The notes under the pieces: generated by a model
Seen by the model: the letters and a program-made list of their open reading frames with translations, nothing else
What the model was told of the DNA's origin: nothing
Database searches by the model: none
Program-made: the position numbers and the translations under genes
Part shown: piece by piece, positions 54,201 to 64,000 of the stretch
How positions within the stretch are numbered: the first letter of the stretch is position 1
How the letters are laid out: every line of letters begins with the position of its first letter
Source: Eledone cirrhosa
Lineage: Eukaryota
DNA length: 64,000 bases
NCBI GenBank assembly: GCA_964016885.1
Contig: OZ024742.1
Location: 80,662,001 to 80,726,000, forward strand
Direction: 5' to 3'

Positions 54201-54417
54201 ACGTTGGTATGGACACGTGATGCGCATGAAAGTCGATAGCTGTATAACAAAGTGCAGGGCAATAAAGATAGACGGTAGTCACGGAATAGGCAGACCTAGA
54301 AAAACCTGGGACGAGCTGATAAACTCCGACATCACACACTTACACCTCTCCAAGACAATGTCACTGGACCGAGACCTTTGGCGGTACTCAGTAACAGAGA
54401 AGACCCGCCTTACCTAA
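51247..54417 (+). CDS. Intact RTE-clade APE endonuclease/reverse transcriptase with internal PHD-type finger
   Basis: Open frame 50977-54417. ATG at 51247 (MPKIK) is conserved in copy 1. All APE and RT motifs are present; the element ends in (TGA)n at ~54790-54813. Confidence 0.92.
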   Translation: MPKIKTNSPLGRECEHSSLFRPRTANITPSPPAPHRPQPPNAIQNFRVGTINVGTLKGRANEVVEMLERKEVDVCCIQETRWRGGSARFIEGKKRCYKLFWVGNDDGLGGVGIMVAEKWADKIIDVNRVNDRIIKIRLVLNRTTVTVISAYAPQSGLPGTIKDRFYETLMLTTSQISDSDYIIIAGDLNGHVGQHCDGYDEIHGGYGFGTRNEEGSRILEFCDANNLTICNTNFKKRDNHLITYRSGEHTSQVDYILTRRRDRVSVVNTKSLPHEECTSQHRLIISDLIVRTRRTRQQKRTILRRKIWKLKDPTARNKFQSILLDAFDSKEEHLESDNIEGEWEFLKANLLLATDEVCGWSRPVGRRRVTWWWNSKVEGSIKAKKQAWKVWRDGGSREDYQVARREARRQVYLARREAEERKFKHVLQRDDQKREVFRIARQCVKENRDIVGEKCVLNDDGTLAITDADKKVAWKCHYERLLNEENNWEKGSLPHIDPIEGPAVLVEGSIISKAIKDMKTGKAAGPSEIVAEMLKASGTVGHTMVTRIVNQVVQNGVVPKDWHSSIIVNCYKGKGDALDRSNYRGIKLIDQVMKVTERVIAQLIRERIDLDEMQFGFVSGKSTTDALFIVRQLQEKYLAKGKPLYLAFVDLEKAFDRVPRSIIWWALRKLGVDEWLVRAIQAMYKETVSKVRINNEYSEEFSVKVGVHQGSVLSPLLFIIALQAITEEFKTGCPWELLYADDLTLIAESMAELEKKFQTWKHGLESKGLKINLAKTKVLVCRKENKAAVPSGKWSCSVCRKGVGRNSILCPKCKVWVHKRCSGITGRLTKNIDFTCGRCSGAISSSKCPQTTSSFNCAEGSIEIVDSFRYLGDKISSGGGCSESTVARVRTGWKKFRELIPLLAAKGFSLKMKGRLYDACIRTAMLHGSETWALCAEDIRRLERNEACMLRWMCNSNIRERQSINELRNKLEIRGIRCCLLERRLRWYGHVMRMKVDSCITKCRAIKIDGSHGIGRPRKTWDELINSDITHLHLSKTMSLDRDLWRYSVTEKTRLT

Positions 54418-54816
54418 ATATATAGTAAAACCTACTCCAGCCAGTAGGCATCTCTAACAAAATACACCCCGTCCCACCACCCCCACCCGATCCACACCAC
54501 CCCGTTCTATGTAAAGTTATGTTGGTGCCGCGCCATCGAGGCCGAAACAAATGAGATCGTGTAGGTGTCACGACAAAAAAACACACAGTCCACGCTGTAA
54601 TGTGGCCGTGTAGGCAACACGGTAAAAACCTCCCAGACCCACACTGTAAATGTGGTTGGTGTTAGGAAGGGCATCCAACTGTAGAAAACCTGCCAGACAG
54701 TCCTATGCGAGCAAGACAATCACTCTTGCCTCAAGTGGGACTACCCCCGTCCAAACCCATGCAAGCGTGGAACACGGACGTTAAACGTTGATGATGATGA
54801 TGATGATGATGATATT

Positions 54817-54871
<55 letters not shown>

Positions 54872-54876
<5 letters not shown>

Positions 54877-55928
54877 CGGAACAAGTAAACATTAAACAAT
54901 CTTTTAAATGAATTAAAATACGATTTAAATATTTACCTCTTCTATTGCCATGACCGACGGTTTAGCTCATCAAAAGATTGGAAATTCAGAGAATTTCCAA
55001 TGGAAAGATATAGCTCTTCAGATAGCTTTTCCAAATCTACTAGACATAAGTCAGTATAGATGTACATATATCACCCTCTGCCCAGTGAATGAATCAAGAC
55101 GTTAAAATGACACACACACTTATTGTACCGTTAGAAAAAGCGGGAATTATAGATTCGCTGATATTTCATGCTGTTAGAAATAGCAGCATGATACAGCATA
55201 TTTTTTTCTCTACATTAAGGAGAATTAGATAATGATATAGACATCGCAGTAGGTACTAGATACCCACGGAAATATATATGGTGTCTATAATAGTGGTTGT
55301 TTTATGGTACTAATTTGAGATACTAGAACTGTAAATATGAGCGGAACAAGTAAACATTAAACAATCGTTTAAATAAATTAAAATACGATTTAAATATTTA
55401 CTATGACCGACGGTTTCGCTTATCAAACGATTGGAAATTCAGAGAATTTCCAATGGAAAGATATAGCTTTTCAGATAACGTTTCCAAATTTACTATACAT
55501 AAGTCCGTATAGATGTAGATATATCACCCTCTGCCAAGTGAATGATTCCTGCTTTTTCTAATGGTCCAATAAGTGTGTGGGTCATTTTAACGGCTTGATT
55601 CATTCTCTGGGCAGAGGATGATATATCTACATCTATACGGACTTATGTGTAGTAGATTTGGAAAAGCTATCTGAAGAGCTATATCTTTCCATTGTAAGTT
55701 CTCTGAATTTCCAATCTTTTGATAAGCGAAACCGTCGGTCATGGCACTAGACGAGGTAAATATTTAAATCGTATTTTAATTTATTTAAAAGGTCGTTTAA
55801 TATTTACTTGATCAGCACATATTTACAGTTCTGGTATCTCAAATTAGTGCCATAGAACAACCACTATTATAGACACCATATATATTTCCGTGGGTACCTA
55901 GTACCTACTGGGATATCTATATCATTTA
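54872..55928. mobile_element. Non-coding HHR tandem element (465-bp period) plus inverted permuted copy
   Basis: 54872 recurs at 55337; 55547-55928 is the reverse complement across the unit junction. HHRs at 54947-55026 (-), ~55403-55478 (-) and 55666-55745 (+). Confidence 0.82.
55666..55745 (+). ncRNA. Intact type I hammerhead ribozyme
   Basis: gctat-CTGAAGA-gct...agc-GAAA-ccgtcgGTC|atggc. Confidence 0.85.
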
Positions 55929-57239
55929 TATATATATATGTATATATGTGTGTCTGTGTGTGCGTGTATGTCTTTGAGAGTGTATCTAAGTTTTTGCTTA
56001 TGTGTGTTTTTGTGTGTATACATATTTGTAGTATCAAGGTTTTCTGTAAAAGGATAAATGAATAAGTGTTTTTGGTGTTATAATCAGAGTTCAAATGTTT
56101 TCATATGTCGAGTTTATATTATGGCTGACCTTATATTTTATGCGATCTTGTGAGATCAAATTAGTGTATGTAAGCTCGGTACCGTATCTTTATTGAAGCG
56201 GTGTATCCAAGCTATTTTAAATATCTAATTTTATACGAATTCGTATCTATATATTGATAATCATTTTGTGTATGTGTTTTGGGTCTGTGCGTATAGGTCT
56301 AGGTGTATTTTGTGGATATTGTTTTTGGTTTGCTTTTTAGAAGCCAAATTCCTTTTTATATTTCAGTGATATTTATGATGATTAAGTGGGTACATATTGG
56401 CTAAGTGTTTATGTTGGCTGATATTTCATTCTTAGTGTTCAGGTATTTATTAAGGGGGATTTCTGTCTCTGTATTATCCGGAATTTCTCGGTTAGGCAAA
56501 CCTAACATTTCTTAGTTCCTTTGATGTTAGGTTTCGCTTCATCTAATATACTCTGTTTAATTATGTAGGGTATCCTTTTATTCTTTAATTCGTAGACACA
56601 GTTTGCCTTACAATTGCTGTCTCCTTTTACAGGGATCTCACGATTTCGGTTTAACTAGGATACTCAATTTAATTATGTAGGTAATCCTTTATTTTTTATT
56701 TCCCAGACACGCATTGCCTGTGCCATGTCCGTCTCCTGTTTTGGTGATCTAAAATACTAGAGTAGTACAGTTTATTCAACAGGTCTGGTAACGAACATAT
56801 ATATATTTTGTCGTTTTCTGTTTCATTGGTTATATCTGGTGTAACGTTGGCTACCCTATGTAGCGTATCTCATTCTACATTTAATTGGCGTATTCTTCCG
56901 TTTCTATATCTTCCGATTTAAGATGAGAGGTACATAGGTAATTATTATATTTGTTATCTGTCTATCTGTATCATTGGCCTGCATTATGTATGTCGTTGTT
57001 TGTGTTTTGAACATGCCTTCGAGTTCTTACATTGATATCCATTTGAAAAGTGCTTGTTCGATGTCCTCAATAATGTATAAAATGTACTATAATGTAAAAT
57101 AGAAATTATATATCCTAATTCATATGGTACTGGCACGTATATTCCCAGCTAACATTCTGCATTATGCAAATGTTATCAGATTGATATTTGATGATTATTG
57201 ATGGATAAAAACCGCTATAGCAATCTGTGTCGCCGTAAT

Positions 57240-58737
57240 ATCCTAGATATCCTGTTAAAACCATTCCTGAAACATATTAGAAGCTACATAAGCAACGACC
57301 GCGATATGCTCAACCACCTTCCAAAAACACTTAATAATGAACAGACACTACTAATGTCTTTTGATGTAGTCGACCTTTATTCCAATATCCCACACATCCT
57401 AGGAATAGAGGAAATCCAATTCTGGTTAGAAAATTACCCGAATGAACTACCACATTGCATCATAAAAGAATTCGTAATAGAAGGGCTCAAATTTATCTTG
57501 GAGAATAACTACTTCGAATTCGATGCCACAATCTACAGACAGAAATCCGGACTGCCATATACACGAAAACGGCCCACTCTTACGCCAACATCGTTATGGG
57601 ATACTTGGAAATCACCCTCTACCGAAAAGTACTAGATAAATACGGAAGTCCCTTCTACCTCACATAGAAACAAAACTGGAAGAGATATCTGGTGATTGTT
57701 TCATCCTTTGGCATGAAAGTATAGAAAGTCATTTTGAATTTAAAGCACTTCTAAATGAACTCAAACATTCAATTTACTATTAAATACAGCCATGAACAAC
57801 TTCCTTTCCCCGACATCCTTATCAAGAACACCAACAACAAAATATAAACAGACATATACTATAAACCCACAAACACCAAACAGTGTCTTCCATTCTAATC
57901 ATGCCACCCTAGATACACCAAAATGAGCATTCCTTACAACCTAGCCAAAAGGATCTGCACAATAGTATCTGATAAATACACATGCTACGTACTACTAGAA
58001 GAATTAAAGAACACACTTATTAGCAGGAATTACCCACCATCCCTAGTCACCAATCGATTCCAACGTGCCCTAAAACTCAAATCCATGAAATTAGACACCC
58101 CAAACCAAGCAATGAATCAAATCTGAAAACTCTACCATACATCTCCACACACAACCCCCTTAACAATGTGGCATTCGACAGCATCCTCCAGAACATTCCT
58201 TTACTAAAAAGAGACCGAAGAATGAACCAAATCCTCCAAACACACAATATCATAAAGAACAAAAGACAAAAATATCCTTACAGAGGCCAAATTCAAACCG
58301 ATCCACACAATGAACACTACAGTAAAAAGAAATGCGGAAGACCCAACTGTGGTATATGTATCAATCTAATAGAGGAATCGGAGTTCCACTTCAAACAAGG
58401 ACAACACTTTACAGTTAAATACAATTTCACATGTGCATCAGAAAACCTGATATATGTGTTGACCTGCTCAGGTTGTCGAGCGCACTACATAGGGCAGAAC
58501 AAAATCAATCTTCTACAACGTATGACCGTCCATAGATGCCAAATCAAAATACGGGAACACAGAATGATAGCAATAAGTGAACACATCCCGACCTGCGCAT
58601 CTAATGAACAACACAATTTTAGAATTTTTCCAATCTACAAATTCAAATACAACGCTTCCTACATCCAATGCATTAGCAAGGAATCACAATTTATCGCCAA
58701 ATACGAACCCCTTTTAAATGCTTCGCCTTCGGTCTAA
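57240..58737 (+). pseudogene. Decayed second Neptune-type PLE RT-GIY-YIG fragment
   Basis: LLKPFLKHIRSYI, DVVDLYSNIPH, FILENNYF, IPYNLAKRICTI, CGRPNCGIC, LIYVLTCSGC..YIGQ. Homologous to 27151-28650. Confidence 0.88.
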
Positions 58738-59640
58738 AACAAAGCTGGCACCCATTAAAATCAACACCGTAGACAAATGAACCCTTTAGCAATGTATCCT
58801 TCTCCAAGATTCCAGCAACCTCTGACAACAATGTATTACAGACCAAGCAACCACATAGTACCACCCACATTAGCAAGTCCTGGAGGACGTCCACGACTAA
58901 AATCAGATAAATGGAAACATTCAGGTGTCAAACTAAATGCTTTACTTTCCCCTGAATCTGGATGCTTCTGCTGAAGACAGAATGGGTATTCCAGTGGCTC
59001 TGAACCCCTCTTTGTAGCAACATTTTCTCCATTCTCCTATATCTAAAATTCCTGCTAGGGATCTAATTAATATTTCAATAACTCTGAATCTTCTTTATGG
59101 CAAAAAACCAAGGTTAATGTTGAAGATTTCTTCTAAGAAAATTTACCAAGATGGATTGTTTTAGAAGCAAACGCAAACAAGATCAACCAAAACGTCACCC
59201 CAGACTTCCAAACCAATCCCAGCCAAACCTTGTATCCGCTATTCAAAGGGTCCCACAAAGCAGTCTTCAGCCACAGTAACCATCCCCTGCCTCCTCTCCC
59301 TTCTTCTTCCGCTCTTCTCCCCTCCTGCTTCTACCCTCTCCAGTCGCAACCAAGCCATTGGCAGAGAAGGATGTACAGACAAATTGACTTTCTTTTCTAA
59401 ACGATCATGCATGTGAAAATTAGTTATTCTTCCCCTCTCTATGTTTTCTTTGCTATTACCATTATTTTCACTACTTGTACAAACATGCAACTTAACAATA
59501 TTCTGCATATCCGCATTTGACAATGCTGAAACCGGTATTGTACATAAATTAATGTTTTGAAATTTTACAAAAAAAATCTCCTCAAATTTGTTTACTGAAA
59601 AAAATATATTTCCTTTCTACTATTTGTTTCTTTTATATAT

Positions 59641-59715
<75 letters not shown>

Positions 59716-60275
59716 AATGACGTACATTACCTCTAGCTCTAAATCATTGGACTAAAATATTCGTAAAATCCAATTTCCTTGATGATCAACGGATAGCTCT
59801 GCATTCAACGAATGTATTTGGGAGACATGACATGATTATGGTTGTTTAGTCCTATAATTAGTCTCGATATATTTAATCTCAAATATCAGTAGACATTTAT
59901 CCGCCAGATACAATAATATACCTATCCTGAAAGACTAAAACTTTTAAAAGTGTAATTATAGAAACCAATCGCATAACAATGAATACAGAAATTGTAAAAC
60001 GTAACCCAAGGAACATATCAACATTTGTTTGCGGTGATTTTATTGATAATTATTTCTGTTGATATTCGTAATAATGCAAGAGAATTGCCGGTGAATGTAA
60101 GAATACTAACATTTGCTCATAGTAAATACTGATTACTTTCCATTGTTGCTAGTAAGTTTATGTTTTCTATATGGAGAGACTCATGATAGAATAATACATT
60201 TCAGGTAGATTTTATATTGCATTTTCTATCATCACATCTTTCAGAATAAAGTACATGTTATTATTTGTTTTGTAA

Positions 60276-60460
60276 GGTGGATGGCAGTATCGGTAGAGGG
60301 GTGACGCCATGCTTTGGAGCAAAGTGTTACGGCCCTTGCCAGTCTGAGTTCAAATCCCGCCGAGGTTAACTTTGCCTTTCATCCTTACGGGGTCGATAAA
60401 ATAAAGTACCAGTAATGCACTGGGATAATTGCTGGCCTTGTGCCAAAAGTAGTAACCATT
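60276..60460 (+). mobile_element. tRNA-derived SINE with TSD
   Basis: A/B boxes and core. attatttgttttgta.ggt lies on both sides. Confidence 0.85.
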
Positions 60461-61350
60461 ATTTGTTTTGTACGGTTGAAAGCTATAGTAAAGTTTCAAA
60501 CACATCTACATAAAATTCAGAGTACTTTTGCCATTTAAGATTCCTCTATTTTCCTCTTGGCCGTTTTCAATTTAATGATGTTGGTGAAATACAAATATTT
60601 GTCTTTGTTTGACTTTAGCTTTTTTAGATTGGCTGAATATATGATGCGTTTTGAAAAACTGTTTTTAAAGTAACCAATATTATAGTATAAATTAAGAGCA
60701 GCACTATTGAAATATATATATATATATATTCAAATACAGTGGTCTACGTATTTTTAATAATAACTATTTATATTTTAATGTGAACGAAGTATTACTTTAT
60801 AAAAAGAAAGAAGGAGCTGATGATTAATGTGATTACTGTTAGTCTTTGTCTTTATCAAAGATTCAGTGGTTGTTATGCCTTACAATCTGTTCGCGCTAGC
60901 TATGTATATATTTAGACTAAATTTGTTTATTCTTGTTTCTGTAGTTGGTTTGATTGTTTTACGACAAGTGGTTATTAGCCCCTAGCTCAACTATTTACTC
61001 AAAGAAAAAATGATAATATACATCCCCGATCAAATGAAAGATAGAGATTATCTTATTCTGTCACAAAGGAAAACAATCATAAACGTCAAGGAGAAAGAGG
61101 AATCGACTACATCATTTCAATAATTCAAGATTAATGGCTCCTTAAAATGAATGACAATGCAAGAAGTTGGCGAGAAGGGAAATCCAAAATCAAACCCAGA
61201 ACTATTAAATTTAACTGATACTCTAAACAATCTTTCACTCAACAAACTTCCACCAGAATCTATATGAAAAATGATTTACAGATGATTTATACAAAGGATC
61301 TGTCTAATATAAGATGTAAGACGGCTCTTACTTTATTTTAATAGTCTTTT

Positions 61351-61516
61351 GGCGGTGGATTGGCAGTATCGGTAGAGGGTCGGACGGCACTTTATGATCT
61401 GAGTTCAAATCCCGCCTAGGTTAACTTTGTCTTTCATCCTTACGGGGTCATTAAAATAAAGTACCAGTAATACACTGGGATAATTGCTGGCCTTGTGCCA
61501 AAAGTAGAAACAATTA
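61351..61516 (+). mobile_element. tRNA-derived SINE
   Basis: Same family as 60276. Confidence 0.82.
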
Positions 61517-61632
61517 AATTACGCGCCTCACAATAGAAAATGGTAACTGTTATTTCTAACGCGTCGAGATATTGTGTAATCTCGTTGTTGGAAGATGTAA
61601 TCATATCGTTTCTTTTATTCTAGGTAGGAATT

Positions 61633-61980
61633 GGTGCAATGTCATAATTGTTTCTACTTTTGGCACATGGCCAGCAAATACCAGTGCATTACTGGTACTT
61701 TACTTTATCGACCCCGTAAGGATGAAAGGCAAAGTTAAGGTGCAATGACATAATTGTTTCTACTTTAGGCACAAGGCCAGCAAATTACCCAGTGCATTAC
61801 TGGTACTTTATTTTATCGACCCAGAAAGGTGCAATGACATAATTGTTTCTACTTTAGGCACAAGGCCAGCAATTACCCAGTGCCTTACTGGTACTTTATT
61901 TTATCGACCCCGTAAGGATGAAAGGCAAAGTCAACCTCGGCGGGATTTGAACTCAGATCGTAAAGGTGCAATGACATAAT
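61633..61980 (-). mobile_element. Three 5'-truncated SINEs separated by four copies of one target sequence
   Basis: ggtgcaatg(t/a)cataat at 61633, 61739, 61828 and 61965. Confidence 0.85.
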
Positions 61981-62378
61981 GAAAGTTAAACAGCAGAGTG
62001 TATAAACAGTTTGGGGGAAATAATCTTCAATACAAAACAAGACAAGAAGTGTAAAGAGATACATCGTAGGAGGTATGTTAGAAAATCATTTACACAAATA
62101 ACACAAACAGGAATTACAAATCTAATTTAAATGAAGTTATATTTTAGTGCGAGTGGTTTTGTTGATTAGCAATATGAATATATTTAACTACTTCTGGAAG
62201 TTAAAAATATGATTGTAATTCCTGCTTCGTATGTGGCAGGAGGACTGGTTATATACTTTAAAATAGTGGATGAGCTTTCAGTATACTTAATTTTAAGCAT
62301 TGGGTTATTTTCGCTGCTGGGCAGACGGCTATTTGTCTTTTGCTACGCTAATTTTAAATTAATCATATATGATGACAG

Positions 62379-62445
<67 letters not shown>

Positions 62446-62465
62446 TCTTCTTTTTATTAATATTC

Positions 62466-63960
62466 GAAGGAGTGCCGCGACTCTCGATGACCGCAGCGCT
62501 GTATTGGGAAAAGCCGATAACAGCAGATGGAATACGGGAAGCCATGGCTGTCGGCACGAGGGGTAAATCACCAGGTTTGGATGGCCTGACCTATAAGGTT
62601 TATACTAACAAGCTAGACTTATTCGGGGACGTCTTGGCAGACGTCTATTGCGACTGACATCAGATCGGGAGCATTCCCAGGTTTGTGAGTCGCGGGAGCA
62701 GTGGGGCTGCGGAGAAACGTTCAAGATTTTGGCCAAGGTGTTAGCAACGAGATTGGCGCTTGTAGTCGGTGATCTGGTGGGAGAGGAGGTGTCATACGCC
62801 ATTCCATTCAGATCCATCCACGACAATCTCCATCGCATGCAATATATTATACAGAGGGTGGATAAGGAACCTGGCACGGGTGGAGCCTTGATAAAGTTGG
62901 ATCAATACAAAGCATTTGATAGGGTGGATCAACGGTAACTGGCAGCGGTCCTCGCAGCGGCCGACTTCGGGTCCGTCTTCGGGGATTGGATCGCTGCAAT
63001 GCACAGCGACATCTGCTCAGTTGTGTGGGTGAACAGTCAACTGTCACATCCATTCAGCATCATCGCTCAGTCAACCATGTTATCCCCTCTCGTCCCTTTT
63101 GTACGTATTGACCCTCGAGCCGTTACTACACAAACGTAAACTGGGATGCGGGAGATCCTTATCGGCTTACGCCGACGACGTCAGCGTCGTGGTCTCGAGC
63201 ACCAGACACGTCCAGATGGTTGGTAACGCTCTCAAGGAATACGAAGCGGTGACAGGAGGCGGAGAGGGTGGCCCCTCTCACTTCAAAATGGAGCGCCTCC
63301 TCTTCCGTTTTTTGTTGACGGGGCGTTCTCCCAAGTATAGACGTTCTATCGGCTGCCAGCACTCGTTGCATGGAGGCTAGGAATGCCGTGGCTGATGATG
63401 CACAAATATGCGCTGACGCTGCGACATCTCTGGTGCTTCCTTGAACGTGAACAGTTGTGGTCGCTGTTTGCCAGACGCGTTTTTTTCCCAGCCCATTCAT
63501 TAAGGGATCTGCTGTCTTGGATAACTAAATGACCGAGGGATAGCGGTTGGAGCCTTTTACCCGCTGGGCTCTAGTTTCGGTGGAACATCCACCTCGGTGG
63601 CCATGGTGAATTAGATTGTATGCTGGACAAGGTAGAACGCATTGAAGATGGTCACTTTGCTCACCGGTGAATCCCTGATTAATTTTTTCAAATTTCACTT
63701 GGAGAGGAACATCATGGTGGAAAGGCAAGTGATGCCTTCTAGTAACTTGTTAAAAGGTGGGTGAAAGTGGCAAAACTGGTCTGACTGAACGAGACCATTC
63801 TGAGTATTCGCCTGTAGACTGAGGAGTTGAAGATCTGAGAGAGAGGGCAGTTGCCGCGACGGTTTGGGTGACCGTGGTCTTTTGTGTAGTTTTCGCCATG
63901 AGTGACCCTCGGAGGTTTCCCTCCTATTTTTGTTGTTTGAAATTTTGATTTGCTTTTACC
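62466..63960 (+). pseudogene. Decayed L1/Tx1-clade LINE RT
   Basis: GKSPGLDGL, KILAKVLATRL, LDQYKAFDRVD, YVLTLEPLL, AYADDV across broken frames. Confidence 0.78.
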
Positions 63961-64000
63961 AATTTTTATCTTCTTGTTATTACCTTTTCACACGGCCAAA

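Noticed and set aside
60276-60365. tRNA genes
   Set aside because: The A/B boxes belong to SINE heads; there is no complete cloverleaf and they continue into the SINE core.

Overview
AT-rich animal genomic DNA, probably a cephalopod mollusc (inferred only from the repeat repertoire). It consists almost entirely of retroelements nested in (TA)n microsatellites, and I can support no intact host gene. Main contents: (1) Two near-identical RTE-clade LINEs (APE endonuclease + RT with a PHD-type C4HC3 finger inside the RT). Each is headed by a tandem array of ~460-530 bp 5' monomers that are homologous but strongly diverged between the copies. (2) Penelope-like elements (PLEs): a Naiad-type copy with pLTRs, a full-length Neptune-type copy whose upstream ORF meets the RT-GIY-YIG frame at a U-UUU-UUA -1 slippery site, and several fragments. 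(3) About 20 type I hammerhead ribozyme (HHR) motifs or half-motifs from about ten sequence families, mostly in small non-coding elements forming tandem units and fold-back palindromes whose junctions often lie inside the ribozyme. (4) tRNA-derived SINEs, an R4/Dong-like RLE LINE fragment and a decayed L1/Tx1 RT. Most short ORFs in the track are microsatellite or antisense artefacts. All alignments and RNA folds were done by eye.
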